Notes under the pieces: model-generated
The model's database searches: none
Told to the model about the DNA's origin: nothing
What the model saw: only the letters and a program-made list of their open reading frames with translations
Made by a program: the position numbers and the translations under genes
In this document: one piece after another, positions 1-7,892 of the stretch
Layout: every line of letters starts with the position of its first letter
Position numbering within the stretch: the first letter of the stretch is position 1
Source of the DNA: Tannerellaceae bacterium
GTDB lineage: Bacteria > Bacteroidota > Bacteroidia > Bacteroidales > Tannerellaceae
Length of the DNA: 47,786 nucleotides
Assembly: GCA_036654795.1 (NCBI GenBank)
Contig: JAVVRI010000002.1
Location: 1-47,786 of the forward strand
Direction: 5' to 3'

Positions 1-17
1 ATTAGATTAGAGTGATT

Positions 18-55
18 AAAAAAGCCCGGCAGACTGTGAAGTTAGCCGGGCTTTT
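18..55 (-). terminator. Intrinsic-terminator-like hairpin 3' of the 81..521 gene
   Basis: 8-bp GC-rich stem AGCCCGGC (23-30) / GCCGGGCT (45-52) with a 14-nt loop. It is flanked by an A-run (18-22) and a T-run (52-55), so a U-tract follows the stem on the minus-strand transcript. The structure is symmetric and could act in both directions. Confidence 0.6.
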
Positions 56-80
56 GCTCTCTGTGAATTTGTCAAGATCT

Positions 81-521
81 TCAGAGTGTTTGCTCGATAA
101 CCAGAGCTGTACGTTCTATTTTTCCGCTAATATCACGGAGTGCTTGTAATAAGATCTGTTTTTCATCATGGGTAAATTGAACCTCTTTACCGTGAATCAT
201 TAATCCGTTGATTCTTTGATTCACCCACGCCCGGCTTTTATTAAAGTAGGTTCGGGCAATGAAGGACCAGGATATAGACTCGTATATACCATCAAGTTTT
301 TTCCTAAGGACATCATCAATTAATTTATCAGCTCTAACACAGGCTTCATTCGCTCCATTGATAAATGCTTCACTGACTAGTTGTTTTTCTTCGCCACTTT
401 TTGAGTTGACAAATGCTTTCACTTCCGAACGAAAAGACTTGCGCTCTTCATCCGTATCCAGAAGCATAAATTTACTTTTTAAGGCTTCCAGCTCCTGATT
501 GACTTGATCGTAATTAGCCAT
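81..521 (-). CDS. DUF5053-like small protein (typically phage/mobile-element cargo in Bacteroidales) with an HTH-like C-terminal segment
   Basis: 146-aa ORF with an ATG start. The segment SWSFIARTYFNKSRAWVNQRINGL...FTHDEKQILLQAL matches my recollection of DUF5053-type proteins. A terminator hairpin lies directly downstream. Confidence 0.55.
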   Translation of the reverse strand: MANYDQVNQELEALKSKFMLLDTDEERKSFRSEVKAFVNSKSGEEKQLVSEAFINGANEACVRADKLIDDVLRKKLDGIYESISWSFIARTYFNKSRAWVNQRINGLMIHGKEVQFTHDEKQILLQALRDISGKIERTALVIEQTL

Positions 522-565
522 TATATTTAGTTTTAAAAATATTCAATGAAAAGATCTTTTAGATA

Positions 566-583
566 GTACCCCCGAAGGGGTAC
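566..583 (-). other. Stable hairpin with a C(UUCG)G tetraloop on the minus-strand transcript
   Basis: The plus strand reads GTACCCC-CGAA-GGGGTAC. On the minus strand this is a 7-bp stem closing a UUCG loop. It lies between the stop of the 57-aa ORF (590) and the start of the 81..521 gene. Confidence 0.5.
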
Positions 584-589
584 CATCCG

Positions 590-763
590 CTAACCTTTCA
601 ACTTGAGCAACAATGATAGTCTGTCTAAATGCAGATCTATTTGTTTTTCAAGTTCTCTTTCTGAATTGCCTTGAATCAAGTCATCCCAGTAAAGAGAATA
701 GAACAGAAGATTTCTCTTTTCGTGTTCTATCTGAGCTTTTAGCTCTTCATGGTTATCTTCCAT
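590..763 (-). CDS. 57-aa hypothetical ORF, just below the ORF-track length cut-off
   Basis: Hand translation from ATG 763..761 to TAG 592..590 gives MEDNHEELKAQIEHEKRNLLFYSLYWDDLIQGNSERELEKQIDLHLDRLSLLLKLKG. It has the same orientation as the 81..521 gene and lies immediately upstream of it. No family was recognised. Confidence 0.35.
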   Translation of the reverse strand: MEDNHEELKAQIEHEKRNLLFYSLYWDDLIQGNSERELEKQIDLHLDRLSLLLKLKG

Positions 764-863
764 CTAAAAGATCTTGACTCTACAAAGATAGATAAACATT
801 TGTTTATCGTCAATGAATTATCAATTTATTTACTCCTTAATTTATATTTTACTATAAACAGTT

Positions 864-1243
864 ATGGGAATAAGAAATCGTGACGGCGCTCTTTACGCAG
901 CAACAGGAATAGACAATGCGGGTCTGTATGAAGGTCGTCGGGAAGCAAAGGGTATCATTAAGGCTATGGCTGGACAGATAACCTCTTTCGATGTATTCAG
1001 CGGTATAGGTATCAGTGCCGCGACGGCCTTTGCCAGTGCAGCTAAAAGCTCCTACGATTTTGAAAAAGAGTTTCGCAAGAATATGCTGGAAGTAGCCACC
1101 AAATATCTGTTGCGGCAGCCATGGTTATTGAGAATCTTCGTTATCAATCTTCCTTGGCACATATGCAGGGGTTGACAGCCAAGCAACGACAAGCACGATT
1201 CTCAAGAGAACGCAGCAAGGCTACTCTCGCAAATTCTGATTGA
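864..1243 (+). pseudogene. Possible truncated or frameshifted remnant of a phage structural gene (tape-measure-like N-terminus)
   Basis: The 103-aa ORF (864..1175) begins with a Gly/Ala-rich segment followed by SSYDFEKEFRKNMLEVAT, which resembles N-termini of Bacteroidales phage tape-measure proteins. The reading frame then degenerates. An alternative frame stays open from about 1100 to TGA 1241-1243. At a few hundred nt the gene is far too short for an intact tape-measure gene. Confidence 0.3.
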
Positions 1244-1362
1244 CAACCGGAGGTTGAGGGCTATGAGGGAGCTCGCTCAACTGCATAAAAATTACTTCCG
1301 AAACTTGAGAATGTAACCCTCCATATCTGCTTTATCCATCATGAGGTAGAGTACAGTTGTTG

Positions 1363-2619
1363 CTATTTTTGCTGTTTCTTTAATTTATAGACGGCTGTTT
1401 CGAGCGACTCGGTCGGTTCGATGATGTTATAGGATCCCCAGAAGTTTTCATCCATGAAGTCGGTCACCTTGTCGGAGAGTGACTGGCTTATCTTGAAAGA
1501 TTCTTTGTAGGGAATCTTGCTGACGTTTTGATCCTTTCCATCGGTTACTACCATTTCAGATATGATGGTGTAGCTGGTGGAGAATAGTTTCCGTTTCCAA
1601 TCGCATTTAAAGCGGACTTCGTTACGTATATAGCTGAGGTAACTACGCTCGTCGCGTTGTTTATAGGTTACGAGGAAGGAGACTTCTACTGGCTTGAAGC
1701 GTAGTCCGAAGGGCTTTTTCTTGAGAATAGCTTGCGTGGCCTTATTTTGATCGTCCATGCTGAGGCTAAACTCCGCCCGACTGAAGGCGAGCTTTTCTTT
1801 GTCAATATACAACTTGCCGTAATAGAGGGCGTAGGGCAGTAGGACTTGCGGTTGGAAACTGATCACGTAATGCGGACGATTTCCGATCGTGGTTGCCTCC
1901 TCCATGCGAAAAGTATAACAGGATAGGCTTGCCGGATCGAGCAGTATATCCGGATTTTTAACCACATCCAGAAAAACGGAGAGGTTAGGGCCTCCGAGCA
2001 ACTTGACTACTAATGTGTCGCTTGCCTTCTGGCTGAGCAAGCGGCGTCCTTTAAATAGTTGGACGCGGTCATTGTCTATCCTCTCGTTATAGGACGTCTT
2101 AAAAATGTCTATTACTGCTTCGGAAAGGTTGATATATCGGCGCCCTTTTTGAGCTGTTTCGCGATAGAAGCCGGTCAGCCGATTGTCCTTGGTGCTGTAA
2201 TTGTCCGGTATTTTTCGGATGGCTGCTTCTACGAGCAAGAGAGGATCATTGGCTCGCACAATGACTTCGTCCAACACATTGGCGTTGGGGGTGAGCTGTA
2301 TGTTTACCGTTGATAGTTCCTTGTTATCTATCGGCATGCGGTAATCAAGGAATCCGATATGAGATATTTCCACTTGCCTTGCGGATAAGTGCTTGTCTAT
2401 TTTGATGGAGAAGACGCCGTCTGCATTGGTTACCGTCCCGATGTTGGTTCCGGGGACGGAGATGTTGACATTTTCCAGTCTTTTCTTACTCTGTTTGTCT
2501 TTTACCGTACCGCTGATGGTGATGTAGGCGGCACTTTCCTGTGCTTGCAAGGGCAGGGCTGAGGCTATAAACCATGCAATTAAAAGGAATCCGAGGGCTT
2601 TTTTACCTATTGCTTTCAT
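1363..2619 (-). CDS. Secreted CarboxypepD_reg-like (carboxypeptidase regulatory-like beta-sandwich) domain protein
   Basis: 418-aa ORF with ATG at 2619 and signal peptide MKAIGKKALGFLLIAWFIASALPLQAQ. ITISGTVKDKQSKKRLENVNISVPGTNIGTVTNADGVFSIKI is a typical CarboxypepD_reg motif. The remainder is unassigned. Confidence 0.7.
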   Translation of the reverse strand: MKAIGKKALGFLLIAWFIASALPLQAQESAAYITISGTVKDKQSKKRLENVNISVPGTNIGTVTNADGVFSIKIDKHLSARQVEISHIGFLDYRMPIDNKELSTVNIQLTPNANVLDEVIVRANDPLLLVEAAIRKIPDNYSTKDNRLTGFYRETAQKGRRYINLSEAVIDIFKTSYNERIDNDRVQLFKGRRLLSQKASDTLVVKLLGGPNLSVFLDVVKNPDILLDPASLSCYTFRMEEATTIGNRPHYVISFQPQVLLPYALYYGKLYIDKEKLAFSRAEFSLSMDDQNKATQAILKKKPFGLRFKPVEVSFLVTYKQRDERSYLSYIRNEVRFKCDWKRKLFSTSYTIISEMVVTDGKDQNVSKIPYKESFKISQSLSDKVTDFMDENFWGSYNIIEPTESLETAVYKLKKQQK

Positions 2620-2709
2620 TTGACTGTCTGTTTTTTTAGTAAGGTGAATAATCTTGTTTCTACTTATATGATCGCCCAGCTTTGAAATACCCTATGGAAA
2701 AAAGGTATA

Positions 2710-2814
2710 AGCGTATAAAAGTTTCATACCGATGAAACAAAAGTTTCAATGCTATGAAACAAAAGTTTCACCGTGATGAAACAAAAGTTTCAGCTAAATG
2801 TTTATTGTTGAAAC
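2710..2814. repeat. About 3.5 tandem copies of a 22-bp unit, each carrying the palindrome TGAAAC-AAAA-GTTTCA
   Basis: The identical 17-mer ATGAAACAAAAGTTTCA occurs at 2732-2748, 2754-2770 and 2776-2792, an exact 22-bp period. A degenerate half copy (AAAAGTTTCA) lies at 2717-2726 and an extra TGAAAC half-site at 2809-2814. The array sits in the 305-bp divergent intergenic region. Confidence 0.9.
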
Positions 2815-2860
2815 TAAGCATATATTTTTAAAAATGAACCGTGATTTTGGTTGTTCCTGA

Positions 2861-2889
2861 TTGGATGTGCGATTATTTTATTAAGTTTG
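2861..2889 (+). promoter_or_regulatory. Candidate Bacteroides-type promoter for the ECF sigma gene
   Basis: TAAGTTTG (2882-2889) fits the -7 consensus TAnnTTTG. A TTG at 2861-2863 lies 18 bp upstream in the -33 position. The start codon is 35 nt downstream. Confidence 0.4.
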
Positions 2890-2924
2890 CACGAACGGAA
2901 TGAGTAAGAATAAAAGATAAGTCG

Positions 2925-3503
2925 GTGATAGTTATCAATGAAGATATAATAGCTCGTGTAAATGAAGGCGATTCGAAAGCATTCGAACAATTATATACTG
3001 CTTACTATGTGTATTTATGTACGGTGGCAACCAAATACGTATATAATCCGCAGGTGGCGCAGGAGATTGTAAATGATGTCTTTTTGAACGTGTGGAATCA
3101 GCGTGGCGGTTTGACTTATCCTGTGAATGCGTATTTGATACGAGCGGTGCAGAATCGTAGTCTGAATCACCTACGTGAGCGGCACATGGAAATGGTTCCC
3201 CTTTCCGAAGTGCAGGAATATCTGTTTTCTCAGCATGAGCAGCTGGTAATGGCTGATGCCTATCCGTTGGAGCATCTTGAAAATAAAGAGTTTGAGCAAG
3301 TAGTATGTGCGGCAATAGATACGTTACCTGAAAAATGCCGTGATATTTTTGTGCAATATCTTTATCATAATAAAACTTACGACGAGATTGCGCAAATAAA
3401 CCATATTAGTCCAAGTACGGTTCGGGTGCAGATAAAATTGGGATTGGTTAAACTGAAAGATCGTTTGGGGCGGTTCTATCCTCTCTTTCTTCTCTTCTTT
3501 TGA
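2925..3503 (+). CDS. ECF-type RNA polymerase sigma-70 factor (Bacteroides-expansion type)
   Basis: 192 aa. Region-2-like EQLYTAYYVYLCTVATKYVYNPQVAQEIVNDVFLNVW and region-4 HTH KTYDEIAQINHISPSTVRVQIKLGLVKLK are present. The start is GTG at 2925, with no in-frame ATG nearby. No anti-sigma gene follows. Confidence 0.85.
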   Translation: MIVINEDIIARVNEGDSKAFEQLYTAYYVYLCTVATKYVYNPQVAQEIVNDVFLNVWNQRGGLTYPVNAYLIRAVQNRSLNHLRERHMEMVPLSEVQEYLFSQHEQLVMADAYPLEHLENKEFEQVVCAAIDTLPEKCRDIFVQYLYHNKTYDEIAQINHISPSTVRVQIKLGLVKLKDRLGRFYPLFLLFF

Positions 3504-3528
3504 TGAAAGAATAGCTATAAAACCAGAG

Positions 3529-3578
3529 CAACCGTCTTCTCTGCCGAGTCTTATAAAAGGCGGCAGGGAAGACGGTTG
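3529..3578. terminator. Bidirectional terminator-like hairpin between convergent genes
   Basis: 18-bp stem CAACCGTCTTCTCTGCCG (3529-3546) / CGGCAGGGAAGACGGTTG (3561-3578) with one mismatch and a 14-nt loop. It lies between the sigma stop (3503) and the GH84 stop (3596). Confidence 0.6.
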
Positions 3579-3595
3579 TCCGATTGATAGGGGTA

Positions 3596-6112
3596 CTATT
3601 CTTTTACAATCTCGTGAATCTTTACCGGGAATGATCCGATGGTGCTGATTTGGAGATTCTCAATGTCGTCTATCAGCTCTTTGCTGAGGTGGATGTATCC
3701 TGCATAACCATGATAAAGGATACGTTTCTCATCCGCTTTGGAGAGGCCGGTGATGGAGACGATGCTCTCATTTCCTCCGGAGAGGTAGAGCGAGATGTCT
3801 TCTACATCCTTGCAGGGTATCATTATCTTTTCCCCCTCTTTCAACACCTTAGCGGTAGTCAGATTTTGGTCGTACAGCGTGAGGGCTTCGTTTATCTCCG
3901 GAGCTTCCTGAGTTGTGACGTTAAAATTTGTGACGTAGAGCTCGAAGGCTTCGTTCGACTTGTTTATCAGGCGTATGAAGCGTGCTTTGGGGTCGATCTG
4001 ATTTAGTATGCCGTTGACGCTTTCGGTGGCAATGCCTATGAGGGGATTCCACTGCTTACCGTCGGCAGACCATTCGAATGTCCGTCCCTGTTTATTGCTT
4101 TGTGGCAAGTTGTAGCTGAATGACTTTGCGTCCCGCTGCATCTCCCAGCCTAGCCCAATGTATTGGTTTGGTTCCAGCTTGACCACTTCGAATACGGGTA
4201 CATAGGCGAGGGTGCTCTCATCTTCCATAAGCGGCTGGTGCTTCATTTGATTTACGTTTGTCAGGGTGGAGCGAATGTTTACCTTTACCTCTTCGGACGA
4301 GCTTTCCGAGGTAGAGAGCAGGCTTTTACCTGTTAGCCGGTATACTTCTGTGATGAATGGATATAGCACGCGTGATCCCGTTTTGATGCCTCTTTGAAGT
4401 GAGGATTGATTGAAGAAGTGGTTAATCTGCTTCATGCTGTCCATCAGGGCGGTTACTTCTTGGTAGCATTGCCAGGTGTTGGCGTGGTCTTTCTGATAGC
4501 AGGCATGTGCCATTTGCAGAGCGGAAGTTCCCGTTTTGCCCAGCAGTTCGAACTGGATAAGCCAGGGGTTGATTTGCTGAATCATCTGTTTGTTCGTGCT
4601 TTGGCTATAGATCATAGCCGGAGCCATGTTGATTTGCATGAAGAGCGTACCAATTTGGTTGGCATCTGTTTCGCGGAATTGACCTGTTTTATATCCTGCC
4701 AGGAAGGCATCTACTTGTGGTTTGATGCGAACAGACTCGTCGCGGCGATATAGGTGTCCGTTTGGTCCCGGATCGGTGTTGTGCTCAGCGAACGTACGGA
4801 AGGCTAGTGGTGCTTCTGGCATGATTGTCTGGCAAGCCGTTTCCCAAGCTTTTGCTGGATCGTAGCTCTGCATGTTCCAACCATACATAGCAACACTGAA
4901 GATGCCTACCTTCGAAGCTTCTGCATGCTCCATCGGATTGGACACGAAGCCGGAAATGGATTCCGCAATCTCTGTGTCCAGCCCATAAGCCGGCCCCATC
5001 AACAGATGATCGCGGCAATAGTCGTTTACCGGAAAGTTCCACCAGATAAAAGCCGGCCGATGGATGCGTGCATTCACCCATTCCACCCCTTCGCGCGTGA
5101 TGTCGTCCACCACGCGGTCTCCTGTCCACATCACGCGGATAGCCGGATCGAGTTGTGTGCCCAGAATATCCAGATAATCGCCCTTTGCCAGATCGCGTTC
5201 ATACTCGGTTGGGCACATAATCAGAGGCAATAGGTCTTCTTTTTGCGCGATGAACTCTTTCTGTATGTAGTTCATGAGGCCTACTTGCTTTTCGGCACGT
5301 GTCCCTTCGCCGGAGATGTCGTCGAAGAAGACGGCAAACGAACGTACACCCAGATCGTACATCTTTTTGAACTTAACGAGGATAGCGCTGCTATCTTCCA
5401 GTGTCCATTGAATGTCCTTACCCGGATGGACAGCCCATACGAAGTCCACTTTGTTGCGTGCTGCCTCGGCGGTCAGTTCGCTTATCTGAGCAGCCTGCTT
5501 GGCCGGATAGGGTTCGCGCCAAGAGGGAGAACTGTGGTAGGGGTCGTCTTTAGGACCATAAATATATGTATTCATTTTTACTTTACCGTAGAAGCGAAGC
5601 TGCTCGATGCGATCAGCTTGACTCCAAGGAGTACCGTAAAAGCCTTCTACCGTGCCGCGGTAGGTAACGTCAGGATAGTCCGTCACCGTACAGAGTGGTA
5701 GTGTGCGTTTACCTTCCTCATTGCGTCCCGCCATTTGTTTTAGGGTCTGGGCGGCATAGAACAGGGAGCGGCTGTCTGCTATCTCAATCGTGATCCCTCT
5801 TTTCGTGATGGTCAGGCGATAAGCACCGGAGCGTAGCATTTGTGGTGTCTTTTCTTTCAAGGCGCGTATCTCCAAGGGGAGGGATTTGCCTTTATTTACA
5901 ATAGGCAACACTTCGTGGATTAACCGGATGGCATCTACATCAGGATTGTCCATCCCTTTCAACCGATAGCCGGATGGCGGCGTGTACAGTTGATTAGACA
6001 TAACGACCTCCTGCGGCTCAGGATATATGCTGAGCGCGATGCTTTGCGCCTCTAAGGAGGTACTAGTGCAGTGGAGCACCAGAGCGGCAAGTACATACTT
6101 TAGTGTTTTCAT
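3596..6112 (-). CDS. Secreted GH84 beta-N-acetylglucosaminidase (O-GlcNAcase/NagJ-like) with a C-terminal discoidin-like domain
   Basis: 838 aa with a signal peptide. GH84 hallmarks are present: YRGTVEGFYGTPWSQADRIEQLRFYGKVKMNTYIYGPKDDPYH and the FAVFFDDISGEG catalytic Asp-Asp pair. The C-terminal FEWSADGKQWNPL region resembles an F5/8 type C (CBM32-like) module. Confidence 0.85.
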   Translation of the reverse strand: MKTLKYVLAALVLHCTSTSLEAQSIALSIYPEPQEVVMSNQLYTPPSGYRLKGMDNPDVDAIRLIHEVLPIVNKGKSLPLEIRALKEKTPQMLRSGAYRLTITKRGITIEIADSRSLFYAAQTLKQMAGRNEEGKRTLPLCTVTDYPDVTYRGTVEGFYGTPWSQADRIEQLRFYGKVKMNTYIYGPKDDPYHSSPSWREPYPAKQAAQISELTAEAARNKVDFVWAVHPGKDIQWTLEDSSAILVKFKKMYDLGVRSFAVFFDDISGEGTRAEKQVGLMNYIQKEFIAQKEDLLPLIMCPTEYERDLAKGDYLDILGTQLDPAIRVMWTGDRVVDDITREGVEWVNARIHRPAFIWWNFPVNDYCRDHLLMGPAYGLDTEIAESISGFVSNPMEHAEASKVGIFSVAMYGWNMQSYDPAKAWETACQTIMPEAPLAFRTFAEHNTDPGPNGHLYRRDESVRIKPQVDAFLAGYKTGQFRETDANQIGTLFMQINMAPAMIYSQSTNKQMIQQINPWLIQFELLGKTGTSALQMAHACYQKDHANTWQCYQEVTALMDSMKQINHFFNQSSLQRGIKTGSRVLYPFITEVYRLTGKSLLSTSESSSEEVKVNIRSTLTNVNQMKHQPLMEDESTLAYVPVFEVVKLEPNQYIGLGWEMQRDAKSFSYNLPQSNKQGRTFEWSADGKQWNPLIGIATESVNGILNQIDPKARFIRLINKSNEAFELYVTNFNVTTQEAPEINEALTLYDQNLTTAKVLKEGEKIMIPCKDVEDISLYLSGGNESIVSITGLSKADEKRILYHGYAGYIHLSKELIDDIENLQISTIGSFPVKIHEIVKE

Positions 6113-6136
6113 AAAGACCGGATTATTAGGTTTACC

Positions 6137-7885
6137 TTATTTGGAATGAATAAGCAACTGCGTTCCGTTTACATCTGTCCAATGGTTTATCAATGTGCGG
6201 AAGGCAGGAAAGAGAGCCGGCGTGATGGTCTGCTCTTTGAGCACAATCTGGCGGCTGACGGTAACGGTGTTGCTTGTCTGGCCGATCGTGATTGTCAGGT
6301 TGCCTGTGGCGTTGTCTATCTTTCGTGTGCCGACAGGAGTGGCTAGCTTCATTCCTTCGGGCAGTTGGATGCTGTATTCCATCTGTTCCGTTGCCAGATA
6401 GGGGAGGCGGAGGGAGGTTTGGCGGCTGCTGTTGGATGCCACGAAAGGTGAATGCGTCAAGCAGAGAGGCAGGTCGGGAAGAGAAACCAGCACATAACCA
6501 GCCGTCTCCTTCAGCGCCTCTTCAGTGGTATAGGTATAGATTACGTCATTACCCTTGCGCACCATCGTAGCCTCTTTACCGGCACCGGTCAGGGTGGCAG
6601 CGTTGTCGCCATAATAGGGCACTAGCTCTTTACCGATGGTGGCGGTTATTTTGGCTACGGCTTTCTCTGTTGTTAGGGTGATGACGGCTTGGCTATGTAT
6701 ATTGGTGTGGTGAGTGGGCAGCGTAACGACTTCTCCAGCGCGTGTCAGGCTGAGTTGATGTCCTTGGTTGCCAGTCCATACGGCATCAGCAGATTTTGCA
6801 TTTCTTGTGGTAAGTGTGCAAGTGTTACCGTCTGCTTTGGCAAGGACGAACAGTTCGTCGATGGCGCTTAGTCCCAAAGCCTCGGCAGGGAGCTGGGTGT
6901 TATAGGAGGCGACGACCTCGGCTTGTATCCCGGCAGCTATCAGCAGACCACTTATCAGGTTAGCTTTTTCTGCTTCCGTGGCATAGGCGGAATTGATTAC
7001 GTCATTGGCCGGACGAAGGCGGTAATAGCTTCCTTGCAGATTGAGTGCACACTTGCCAAACTGGTTCTGCACGTAGTTATGGATCACTTCCACCTTTTCC
7101 ATCTCCGTCGTTTTCCCTTCGGTCAGCGATTCGGCAATAGTGAGCAGTTGGGCGTCGCCGGCCGGTGTGAACTGGGCAAGCAGCGTTTTTAGTGATGCGG
7201 CAGGTGAAGCGTAAGTCGTAGCTGTCAGTAGCTGAGTGCTCTTTGCTTGATACTCGCGAGGGAGAGCCGTGAGGTTGCGTAGTCTCCAACAGATCTGTTT
7301 CATGCCGTCCACAGTAGTTACTTTGGGCTGAGTGGCGGCGCCTTTCAGGGCGTAATGGCTCGGTTTGCCTTCGGGGAGGTTTAGGGTGACGGTGCATTCC
7401 TTTACCGGCACAGGCTGTTGCAGGTTCTCGTAGATGTCCAGCTCAGTCAGGTAGCCTGGCCGGGTCAGGATGGAGTAGTCCAGATAGATGGTAGCACCTA
7501 GTTCGAGACCGGTATGCACAACGACCATCTCCTTTAGATGATTCCAAGCGGGGGCATCGGCTGCAGCGCGGGGTAAGACTTCTACGAAGGCATTGTCCGG
7601 TGTCTTGACGATGCTTCCATCTTTTTGCCGGGTGTAGGAGGAATGAATCTTCAACTCTTGGAACTCGGGGTTATAGGTGATGAAGCTCTCGCCAAACGTG
7701 CTGTTCATTGCGGTGTGCGTAAAGAGGGTAAGCTCCGTGTTGCAGCGATATTCCTGACTGCCGTCGGCATGCAGTGTATACGTTTTCTGGAGTTTGTCAT
7801 AGCAGGCTTCCTGTGCAGTGGCCGTTGCGGTCATCAGCAGAAGGAGGCAGAGAAAGAGTGCGGATGTATAGTTGTTTTTCGTCAT
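6137..7885 (-). CDS. Secreted DUF3858-like protein (usual partner of DUF3857/transglutaminase proteins)
   Basis: 582 aa with signal peptide ...LLLLMTATATAQE. It sits 7 bp downstream of the DUF3857/transglutaminase gene in the arrangement typical of Bacteroidales. The family call is from recollection only. Confidence 0.55.
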   Translation of the reverse strand: MTKNNYTSALFLCLLLLMTATATAQEACYDKLQKTYTLHADGSQEYRCNTELTLFTHTAMNSTFGESFITYNPEFQELKIHSSYTRQKDGSIVKTPDNAFVEVLPRAAADAPAWNHLKEMVVVHTGLELGATIYLDYSILTRPGYLTELDIYENLQQPVPVKECTVTLNLPEGKPSHYALKGAATQPKVTTVDGMKQICWRLRNLTALPREYQAKSTQLLTATTYASPAASLKTLLAQFTPAGDAQLLTIAESLTEGKTTEMEKVEVIHNYVQNQFGKCALNLQGSYYRLRPANDVINSAYATEAEKANLISGLLIAAGIQAEVVASYNTQLPAEALGLSAIDELFVLAKADGNTCTLTTRNAKSADAVWTGNQGHQLSLTRAGEVVTLPTHHTNIHSQAVITLTTEKAVAKITATIGKELVPYYGDNAATLTGAGKEATMVRKGNDVIYTYTTEEALKETAGYVLVSLPDLPLCLTHSPFVASNSSRQTSLRLPYLATEQMEYSIQLPEGMKLATPVGTRKIDNATGNLTITIGQTSNTVTVSRQIVLKEQTITPALFPAFRTLINHWTDVNGTQLLIHSK

Positions 7886-7892
7886 TGTCTTC

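Noticed and set aside
2732-2776. A 14-codon mini-ORF (MKQKFQCYETKVSP) generated by the repeat array.
   Set aside because: It is a by-product of the ATGAAAC repeat. There is no promoter or translation context to support it.
2710-2814. A regular short repeat array that could be mistaken for a mini-CRISPR.
   Set aside because: The repeat unit is only 17 bp with 5-bp spacers, there are only three full copies, and no cas genes are present. The geometry fits a transcription-factor binding array.
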